Of a DNA stretch of 64,000 bases, positions 49,197 to 56,869 are shown in pieces (the first letter of the stretch is position 1; each line of letters begins with the position of its first letter). Below the pieces are notes generated by a model that was given only the letters and a program-made list of their open reading frames with translations, did not search any database and was not told where the DNA came from. The DNA is from an uncultured Verrucomicrobiae bacterium (GTDB taxonomy: Bacteria > Verrucomicrobiota > Verrucomicrobiia > Limisphaerales > Palsa-1400), in NCBI GenBank assembly GCA_963702845.1, contig OY969763.1, forward strand, positions 576,001 to 640,000. The letters are read 5' to 3'. Both the position numbers and the translations under genes were made by a program.

Positions 49197-49427
49197 ATGA
49201 ACGAAAAACACGCGTTGCCGGCATACCTCCTCTGGTTTTTTCTTGGATGGTTCGGCATCCACAAATTCTATTTGGGCAAAACCGTTTGGGGTATCATTTA
49301 CTTTTTCACCGGTGGCCTTTTTCTGGTCGGTTGGTTCATTGACCTTTTCACCATCCCGGGCCAAGTGCGTCGATATAATCAACAGTTGGTTGCCTTGCGC
49401 TGCGGTTCGCCGCCACGAATTGCCTGA
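49197..49427 (+). CDS. TM2 domain protein
   Basis: AYLLWFFLGWFGIHKFYLGK...GWFIDLFTIP. Confidence 0.9.
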   Translation: MNEKHALPAYLLWFFLGWFGIHKFYLGKTVWGIIYFFTGGLFLVGWFIDLFTIPGQVRRYNQQLVALRCGSPPRIA

Positions 49428-49466
49428 AGAGTCGACCGATTTGCGGCAATTTTCGTCACCCCCAAA

Positions 49467-49884
49467 ATGACGCGCACCCGCCCACGTCGAATTCTTTTCT
49501 GCCTGTGCGCTCTTGTCTTCCTCGGTTTGACCGCCTGGATTCTAAACCGCACATACGGTACCGGCAGCATTTCGCAAAAAAGCCGCTTTGATTCAAATCG
49601 GCGACGACTACGCGCGAGTCCGTTCAATGCTGGGCAAACCTCGCGATTCGACGAAAACCAGCGGCGGTGGCTTCCTGGCCAGCGCATTGACCGGCGGCTA
49701 CCCCGAATGGTGGGCCTACGGCAGCGTTTTGAATGACTACGATTGGAAACACCCTTTCAGTCGGAGCTTCCCGTGGATTATTCCGCCGATAAAATGGCAC
49801 TTCTTCAGTGCAGACACCAACGATGTAGTGATTTACTTTAGTGCAGGGGGTAAAGTTGCTCACGTCCAAATTCCCGCGAGTTAA
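49467..49884 (+). CDS. Hypothetical membrane-anchored SmpA/BamE-like protein, apparent frameshift near 49590
   Basis: N-terminal TM in one frame; IQIGDDYARVRSMLGKP...EWWAY...VIYFSAGGKV in the next frame. Confidence 0.55.
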
Positions 49885-49916
49885 CAAATCAGTTGCTCTT
49901 CAAAATCCTACACTGA

Positions 49917-49945
49917 TTGACAGGTAGCTACGTTATTGATACGAT
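49917..49945 (+). promoter_or_regulatory. Sigma70-like promoter with extended -10
   Basis: TTGACA-17 nt-TACGAT with TG-n before the -10. Confidence 0.7.
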
Positions 49946-50391
49946 GACCCCGCGCACAAACATGCGCCCGTCCGGCAATCGCGCCGCCCGGCAACGAAAG
50001 GCATACCGCCATGAGCACCGTTCCAGTGATCGCAACAGGTAGTTCATGCCGACGTGTGTCCACTCGACACCATTTATTTTCGTTCTCATTTCCTCCGAAA
50101 CCGTTCCGACGTTCCGGCCAGCAACGGGAAGTTTCGGTTAAAAATATTATCCCCCGAAAAAAGTCACCTACTGCCACCTACTGTCACCTACGGTCGGCTG
50201 CGGTCACCAAAGAAAAACTTTTTAAAACACCCCTCCTGAACTGCACAACATTTTGCACCAGGCGCAGTTGCGCCGATTTCATCATATCAAAAAACCCCCG
50301 GTTTTCGCGTTGTTTCCGTGCACCTCGCACCTTGTCTCCGGCACCAAAGCAGCTACCATCAACCACTTACTCCTCCGGGAGACCAAATCAA

Positions 50392-51747
50392 ATGCCCGAT
50401 TTCGATTCCATCATTCGTAACGGCACCATCGTCACTGCCGACGCCATCCGCCGCGCCGACATCGGTATCACCGAGGGCAAAATCGCCGCCATCGGTGCAA
50501 ATCTCTCCGGCTCCGCCAGTGAAGAAATTGACGCCGCCAATCTGCACATTTTCCCCGGCGCGATTGATGCCCACGTCCATTTTAACGAACCTGGCCGCAC
50601 CGAATGGGAAGGCATCGAAACCGGATCGCGCGCACTCGCTGCCGGTGGCGGCACCATGTTCTTTGACATGCCGCTCAACGCCCATCCACCGACGTGCGAT
50701 AAAGAAAGTTTCAAACTGAAGAACGCCGCCGCTGAAGCCAAGTCCGTCACCGACTTTGCACTGTGGGGCGGCCTCGTACCCGGCAATCTCGACAAACTTG
50801 AAGAACTCGCGAAGTGCGGCGTCATCGGTTTCAAAGCCTTCATGAGCAACAGCGGCATCGACGACTTCTCCAGCGTCGATGACCAAGTTCTTCGCGCCGG
50901 AATGAAAATCGCCGCGCAATTAAAACTCCCCGTCGCCGTCCACGCCGAGAGCGACTCCATGACCGCGCAGCTTGCACAAAAAGCGATCGCCGAAAACCGC
51001 ACCAGCGTACGCGACTATTTAGATTCGCGCCCAATCGAAGCCGAGCTCGATGCCATTCGTCGCGCCATCGACATCTCCGGCGAAACAGGTTGCAAGTTGC
51101 ACGTCGTCCACGTTAGTTCCGCCACCGGCGTTCAGCTCATCACCGCCGCGCGCGCGCGGGGAGTTGATGTCACCTGCGAAACCTGTCCGCATTATTTAGT
51201 GCTCACTGACCAGGACGTGGAACAACTCGGCGCCGTGGCGAAGTGCGCTCCGCCGCTCCGTTCCAAAGCAGAGCAGGGAAAACTTTGGTCCGAAGTCTTG
51301 ACTGGCAACGTTCACACGATCGGCTCCGATCACTCACCCGCACCGCCCGACATGAAAACGTCCGAAAACTTTTTCAAAGTCTGGGGCGGCATCTCCGGCG
51401 TCCAACATATGTTGCCGCTTTTAATTGACTCCGTAGCAGACGACGTGAGGAGGCTCACTATAATTTCCGCGGCGACCAGCTCCAACATCGCTAAGCGTTT
51501 CAAACTACCCACAACCAAGAGCGGTATCGCGATCGGCTCCGACGCCGACCTCGCGTTGGTCGATACGAACGACACCACGGCGATTGCAAAAAACGACCTC
51601 CTTTACCGACACAAACAGTCGCCCTATGTAGGCCGCCGCCTAAAAGCGAAAGTGGAACGCACCATCCTCCGAGGCCAAACCATTTTCGCGAACGGCAAAA
51701 TCATCGCCAAACCCGCCGGTCGTCTGATAAAACCCACTGAAAACTGA
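50392..51747 (+). CDS. allB: Allantoinase
   Basis: IDAHVHFNEPGRTEWEG, DMPLN, GFKAFM, VHAE, HVVHVSS, ETCPHY, KCAPPLR, SDHSP, WGGI. Confidence 0.95.
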   Translation: MPDFDSIIRNGTIVTADAIRRADIGITEGKIAAIGANLSGSASEEIDAANLHIFPGAIDAHVHFNEPGRTEWEGIETGSRALAAGGGTMFFDMPLNAHPPTCDKESFKLKNAAAEAKSVTDFALWGGLVPGNLDKLEELAKCGVIGFKAFMSNSGIDDFSSVDDQVLRAGMKIAAQLKLPVAVHAESDSMTAQLAQKAIAENRTSVRDYLDSRPIEAELDAIRRAIDISGETGCKLHVVHVSSATGVQLITAARARGVDVTCETCPHYLVLTDQDVEQLGAVAKCAPPLRSKAEQGKLWSEVLTGNVHTIGSDHSPAPPDMKTSENFFKVWGGISGVQHMLPLLIDSVADDVRRLTIISAATSSNIAKRFKLPTTKSGIAIGSDADLALVDTNDTTAIAKNDLLYRHKQSPYVGRRLKAKVERTILRGQTIFANGKIIAKPAGRLIKPTEN

Positions 51748-51761
51748 ACACTGAAAAATTA

Positions 51762-52508
51762 ATGACTCCTCTCTTCGGCCAAACCCGCGACGTCGTAAAA
51801 GATCGCTACGCCCTGCGCACGCCCAGCGGCTTCGTCCCAAGCGTCCTTCCCGGCTGGCGCAACGTCGTCCCCATCGTCCAGATTTCCCCCGGCATGGGCG
51901 CTGACTTCGCCCAGATCCAAATTACTTTCGACAAAAACGGCGAAGGCCGCGGCAACACCGCCGCGAACCAATTCCTCGTTTACGTCCTCGAAGGAAAATG
52001 CGTTGCGAATCTGGCCGGCAAAAAGAACAACCTCCGGGCCGGTAGCTACGCTTACGTCCCAAGCCAAACCGATTTCCATTTCACGCAGGCCAATGCTGGA
52101 ACCAAGCTCCTGATTTTCGAAAAGAAATTCGTCCCGATTGCCGGCTACGACAAACCAGCTGTCCTCGTCGGCCACGAGAGCGACATCCAGGGCCAGCCGT
52201 TCCTCGGCAACAAAGACGCGCGCCTGCAAGTGCTCTTGCCCGATCACCCGAGCTTCGACATGGCCGTAAATATCTTCACCTACCAACCGGGCGCAACCCT
52301 TCCGTTCGTCGAAGTTCATATCATGGAACACGGCCTGTTAATGTTGAAAGGGCAGGGCGTCTACCGTCTCGATGCCGATTGGTATCCCGTCTGCGCAGGC
52401 GACGTCATCTGGATGAAATCCTATTGCCCGCAATGGTTCGTCGCCATGGGAACGACTCCCGCGAGCTACATCTATTACAAAGACGTGAACCGAGCCGCGG
52501 TCCCATGA
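51762..52508 (+). CDS. allE: (S)-ureidoglycine aminohydrolase (bicupin)
   Basis: DMAVNIF, EVHIMEHG, GDVIWM, CPQW, YIYYKDVNR. Confidence 0.95.
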   Translation: MTPLFGQTRDVVKDRYALRTPSGFVPSVLPGWRNVVPIVQISPGMGADFAQIQITFDKNGEGRGNTAANQFLVYVLEGKCVANLAGKKNNLRAGSYAYVPSQTDFHFTQANAGTKLLIFEKKFVPIAGYDKPAVLVGHESDIQGQPFLGNKDARLQVLLPDHPSFDMAVNIFTYQPGATLPFVEVHIMEHGLLMLKGQGVYRLDADWYPVCAGDVIWMKSYCPQWFVAMGTTPASYIYYKDVNRAAVP

Positions 52509-53746
52509 ACATCAACATCGAACGCCTCCAAAAAGAAATCGATGACCTGTCGCTGATCTCCGAAGCGACACCGCCGGTCGTCACGCGAGTCCTGTACTCC
52601 GAGGCGGACATGAAAGGCCGCGCCTTCGTGAAGAATCTCTTCCGCGAAGCCGGCCTCACAATCCGTGAAGACGCCATCGGCAACACCTTCGCCCGTTGGG
52701 AAGGCAAAGACAAAACGGCCGCTCCGATCGGCACTGGTTCACACATCGACGCTATTCCGAACGCCGGCAAATACGACGGCGTGGTCGGAGTCCTCGGCGC
52801 ACTCGAAGCTGTCCGCGCGCTCAAGAAGAGCGGTTTCGAACCACAGCGCTCGATTGATGTCATCATCTTCACGGCCGAAGAACCGACGCGTTTCGGCATC
52901 GGCTGTCTTGGCAGCCGTCTGCTGGCCGGAACTTTGCCTGCTGAAAAAGTGGCAAACCTCAAAGACCGCGAAGGCGAAACACTCGATTCACTCCGCCACC
53001 GCGCCGGTTTTCCGACGAGCAATCCGTTGGAGGTTCGTTTACCGCAAAGTGCCTACTCAGCGTTCATCGAACTCCATATCGAGCAAGGCCCCATTCTGGA
53101 ACAGCGCGGATTAGACATTGGCATCGTTGAGAAAATTGCCGCCCCAAGCTCGTTAAGAATGAAGCTGACCGGTGTTGGTGGCCATGCTGGTGCGGTGCTC
53201 ATGCCGGAGCGCCATGATGCCGGTCTCGCCGCAGCCGAGATATCTTTAGCAGTTGAGAAGGCGGCTAGGACCAGCGGGAGCCCTGACACAGTCGGCACCA
53301 CCGGCGTGTTCCGAATCGAACCCGGCGCGGTTAACAGCGTCCCGTGCTTTGCTTACCTGGAAATCGATGTGCGCGACACCAACGTAAAAACCCGCGACGC
53401 CGCTCTTGTCCAAATCGAGTCTGCCGCCAAAGAAATCTGCCAGCGTCGCGGAGTAACCCAGGAGATCGAAAGGGTCAACGTGGACGCCCCGGCGAATTGC
53501 GATCCCAAGTTGGTCGCCGTGATTGAAGACATCTGCAAAAAGCAGAATGTCTCATCCCTGCGCATGATCAGCCGCGCCTATCACGACTCGCTCTTCATGG
53601 CTCAAGTGGCGCCTACCACCATGATTTTCATCCCAAGCCTTAAAGGCTACAGCCACCGGCCCGACGAATACTCCAGCCCGGAACAAATCCGCCGGGGAGT
53701 TGACGTCCTTGCTATGACGCTGCAAATTTTAGCTGGTAATGGGTAG
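52505..53746 (+). CDS. M20 amidohydrolase, ureidoglycolate amidohydrolase (plant UAH)-like
   Basis: VTRVLY, GSHIDAIP, EEPTRFGIGCLGSR, GHAGAVLM, SRAYHDSLFMA, GYSHRPDEY; ATGA overlap with allE. Confidence 0.85.
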   Translation: MNINIERLQKEIDDLSLISEATPPVVTRVLYSEADMKGRAFVKNLFREAGLTIREDAIGNTFARWEGKDKTAAPIGTGSHIDAIPNAGKYDGVVGVLGALEAVRALKKSGFEPQRSIDVIIFTAEEPTRFGIGCLGSRLLAGTLPAEKVANLKDREGETLDSLRHRAGFPTSNPLEVRLPQSAYSAFIELHIEQGPILEQRGLDIGIVEKIAAPSSLRMKLTGVGGHAGAVLMPERHDAGLAAAEISLAVEKAARTSGSPDTVGTTGVFRIEPGAVNSVPCFAYLEIDVRDTNVKTRDAALVQIESAAKEICQRRGVTQEIERVNVDAPANCDPKLVAVIEDICKKQNVSSLRMISRAYHDSLFMAQVAPTTMIFIPSLKGYSHRPDEYSSPEQIRRGVDVLAMTLQILAGNG

Positions 53747-53979
53747 TTCGGTTTAGGGGCCCTGTCTTTTTTGTAGGTAAATCCCTGATGGGACCCCTAC
53801 AATAATGCCCGCCCTAATCTCGAGAAAGCACCCTGATTGTGACCACTACCCCGGTCTGGCTTAATGTCGACCGTATGATTTCTGCCGATAACACAGCTCC
53901 GAAGGTGAAAGCGAAACAAACTAAAGAAACCAAGGATGCACAGCCCCAGGCCGCAACAGCGGCGCCGGCCAAGACACCC

Positions 53980-54651
53980 ATGGCTACTGCGAAAAAGAAC
54001 CCCACGCGCGTTCTGATCGTTGATGATCATCCTCTCCTTCGCCGCGGCGTAGGGCAGTTGATCAACAACGAAAAGGATATGACCGTTTGCGGCGAGGCCG
54101 AAGACGCCCACAAAGCCCTCACCGCAATTCAAGACTCTAAACCCGACATTGCCGTCATCGACATCTCGCTCGGTGGCACCAGCGGGATTGAACTTTTGAA
54201 AAACATCAAAGTGCGTTGGCCCAAACTGTTGGTGCTCGTGCTCTCGATGCATGATGAAGCCGTCTATGCCCAGCGGGCACTTCGCGCCGGTGCCGCCGGT
54301 TACATCATGAAACAGGAAGCGACCGAGCGCGTGCTCGTCGCCATCCGTAAAATTCTGAACGGCGAAGTTTACCTCAGCGAACGCCTCGGCAACCGTATGT
54401 TGAACACATTGGTTGGCGGACGCGCCTCGTTGAGCGGTTCTCCGATCGAAGAATTGAGCGACCGCGAGCTCGAAGTCTTCGGTTTGATCGGCCAGGGGCA
54501 CGGCACCCGTCCGATCGCTGAGAAATTACATCTCAGTGTCAAAACAATTGAGTCCCATCGTGCCCATATAAAGGAAAAGCTCGGTTTGAAAAACGCCACT
54601 GAACTCGTGCATCACGCGATCCAGTGGGTCCAGAGCGAAAGCCTGGGTTAG
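53980..54651 (+). CDS. NarL/LuxR-family response regulator (start may be upstream, to 53875 or 53839)
   Basis: LIVDDHP, VIDISL, LSMH, GYIMK, LSDRELEVF, LSVKTIESHRAHIKEKL. Confidence 0.95.
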   Translation: MATAKKNPTRVLIVDDHPLLRRGVGQLINNEKDMTVCGEAEDAHKALTAIQDSKPDIAVIDISLGGTSGIELLKNIKVRWPKLLVLVLSMHDEAVYAQRALRAGAAGYIMKQEATERVLVAIRKILNGEVYLSERLGNRMLNTLVGGRASLSGSPIEELSDRELEVFGLIGQGHGTRPIAEKLHLSVKTIESHRAHIKEKLGLKNATELVHHAIQWVQSESLG

Positions 54652-54682
54652 ACAGTTGCCATAAGCAAACAGTGTTCTGCTT

Positions 54683-54716
54683 GACGTCCGTCACGGAAGT
54701 GGCGGGCGTTTTTTTT
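54683..54716 (+). terminator. Intrinsic terminator
   Basis: GACGTCCGTCAC-ggaa-GTGGCGGGCGTT followed by a T run. Confidence 0.8.
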
Positions 54717-54842
54717 GTCGAAATGCGCCGCTCACTAGCTCGGTCCAAGCCAGACAACACCTAATCTGGGTGCCAACTTCCCCGATACGACAAAAGGCAT
54801 ACCTCCGCATTGTCGCATATTGCATCGCGTTTAGTTTTTCGC

Positions 54843-55973
54843 ATGAAGAACATTCTCAAACTCTCATTACTGTCGCTCTGTGCATGCGGAGCTGTTATCT
54901 CCACAACGCAATTGGCGCGAGCCAATGACGCTGAATCGGCCAGTAATGCCGAGTCAGACAAACAACTCGTCATAACCGAACCCGCTGGAGCGAGTACTTC
55001 TGTTTCACAGCAAACGTCGACGACGTATCAAACCGGTGGCGCCACATATCAAAGCGGCAGTACAATGCAGGGCAGCACGTATCCGAGCGGCGGATATAGT
55101 CAAGTTTCTGGCGCAGCAGGCGCAGCGCCTGGCCTGGTGACGGGCCGCGAACAGGACGCTTATGCGAACTGCATCTTGCACCAGTATCAACTTGGTAAAG
55201 GTGAGGCGCGCGTGACAGATGAACACTACTGGGACAACGTCCCGTCGGATCGCCTCTATGCGCAGTATCCGGGTGCCGGAGGGACGTATCAAAACTTCGC
55301 ATATACGGGCTATAGCTCACCGAGTTCGTCCGCGACGTGGAGCAGTTCAAGCACAAGCTGGAGCGGTCAACAGGGTCAACAGAGTGGGCTTTGGTACGGT
55401 CCGGACGGCAAGGTTTACAATTCAGCTACTAGTATGACTCCTATGAGCCAATCAAGCTCTGGATCGGTCAGTGAACCTGCAGGCGGGCAATCTTCCGCCA
55501 CACAATCTTCTGGCGCACAATCGTCGGCCACACAATATGGCACGTCTGGTGCGCAGTCTTCGACTGAATCGAAGAGCAGCCAATCCCAACCGGGATCGGC
55601 TACGCAGGAAGCCGCCGGCGCAGGAACCAGCACAACCGGCAGCAGCACTGATACGAGTCCCAGCTCAACCAGCACGAGCCCTGACCAATCATCCACTTCC
55701 ACGCAGAGCAGCAGCGCTGCCGGTGAAGGCATGAGCGAGAAGGTTCGTTCCTCACTTAAATCCGACACCACTCTGAGCCCGATCTCGAGCAATGTGACGG
55801 TGCAGGACCAGAACGGTAAAGTCGCGCTGAACGGCACAGTGAAGAGCGAAGCCGAGAAACAACAAATCGTTTCCAAGGCCGAAGAAATGGCCGGCAGCGG
55901 CAACGTCATCGACAACCTGCAAATTAAGTCGGACAGCGGCAATGGTTCGAGTAGTCCCGACAAGAGCAATTAG
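54843..55973 (+). CDS. Secreted Ser/Thr/Gln-rich protein with C-terminal BON domain
   Basis: Signal peptide; NVTVQDQNGKVALNGTVKSEAEKQ...VIDNLQI. Confidence 0.85.
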   Translation: MKNILKLSLLSLCACGAVISTTQLARANDAESASNAESDKQLVITEPAGASTSVSQQTSTTYQTGGATYQSGSTMQGSTYPSGGYSQVSGAAGAAPGLVTGREQDAYANCILHQYQLGKGEARVTDEHYWDNVPSDRLYAQYPGAGGTYQNFAYTGYSSPSSSATWSSSSTSWSGQQGQQSGLWYGPDGKVYNSATSMTPMSQSSSGSVSEPAGGQSSATQSSGAQSSATQYGTSGAQSSTESKSSQSQPGSATQEAAGAGTSTTGSSTDTSPSSTSTSPDQSSTSTQSSSAAGEGMSEKVRSSLKSDTTLSPISSNVTVQDQNGKVALNGTVKSEAEKQQIVSKAEEMAGSGNVIDNLQIKSDSGNGSSSPDKSN

Positions 55974-56008
55974 TAGGTGTTTTTCACACAAGAGAGTAAT
56001 TACCAACG

Positions 56009-56045
56009 AATCAGCCCTGGTCGAAAGGCCGGGGCTGATTTTTTT
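56009..56045 (+). terminator. Intrinsic terminator
   Basis: AATCAGCCCTGGTC-gaaa-GGCCGGGGCTGATT followed by TTTTT. Confidence 0.85.
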
Positions 56046-56112
56046 GCCGTGTGACAATTGGACACAATGGCGATGCGGTGAGAAATTATAGTAGGTCGCG
56101 CTCAGGAGGAGT

Positions 56113-56628
56113 ATGAGCAAAACGGTTTTCTGCATTGCAACGTCTGAATATCAGGCTGAAACGATCATGGATGAACTTCATGTCGCGGGCCTTAGCGGCG
56201 ACCAAATTTCTCTGCTGTTTGCCGATAAGACGCGGGCGATCGTTCGGGGAGTCACTGGCAATGTCACGACCGATAGTGCTGTCGGTTGGCTGCCGCAGGT
56301 CGAGTCGGTCGTAATTTCCGGCGCCGGCGCTTTCATCGGTAACGGGCTTTTAGCAACAGCGATCAGCGAGGCAGCTTCCGGTAGTCACAAGGGCGCCATC
56401 GCACGTGGGCTTACTGGCCTCGGCTTAGCGAGCGAACAAGCCGATGCGTTAGACGAAAGGCTTCGTAACGGTGATGTGTTGCTCGCAGTAAACGCCGATG
56501 AAGATATTTCAAAAACTGTCCACGACATTTTTCACCAGGCCGGTGCACAGGAAATCATCGCCACCGGTGAACGGACCCGAGTCGAAGCCGCACCACGTCT
56601 CCGTGAAGAGAAGTGGGAAAAGTGGTAG
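56113..56628 (+). CDS. General-stress-protein-like (YflT/DUF3341-like)
   Basis: AGGAG SD; AGLSGDQISLL, GLTGLGL, LRNGDVLLAV, FHQAGA. Confidence 0.65.
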   Translation: MSKTVFCIATSEYQAETIMDELHVAGLSGDQISLLFADKTRAIVRGVTGNVTTDSAVGWLPQVESVVISGAGAFIGNGLLATAISEAASGSHKGAIARGLTGLGLASEQADALDERLRNGDVLLAVNADEDISKTVHDIFHQAGAQEIIATGERTRVEAAPRLREEKWEKW

Positions 56629-56643
56629 CAGGAAACTTCTTCT

Positions 56644-56753
56644 GGAGTGCGGCCATTTATGCCGTTTCGACCCGAACGTCGGCGGGACTCAAAGTGCGAC
56701 ACTCCGACGCTCATTGCACAGTTTAAGTTGAAGCGGCGTGAACGCCGCGCTCC
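56644..56753. repeat. Inverted pair of REP-like palindromes
   Basis: GGAGTGCGGCcatttatGCCGTTT at 56644 and AAGCGGCGTgaACGCCGCGCTCC at 56731 are near reverse complements. Confidence 0.6.
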
Positions 56754-56869
56754 GCTGTCAAACACGCTTCGATCTTGACTTCGTTTCATGCGAAAACAAC
56801 ACTTTCCTACTCCAATGGCGAATGGATTGGATCCTTATCGCAAGGGCACTCCACAAACCGCAAAGCGAT

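Noticed and set aside
50011..50391. 127-aa N-terminal extension of AllB (also the long extensions of Lnt, UraD and the HEAT protein)
   Set aside because: No protein-like character; family similarity begins at the downstream Met
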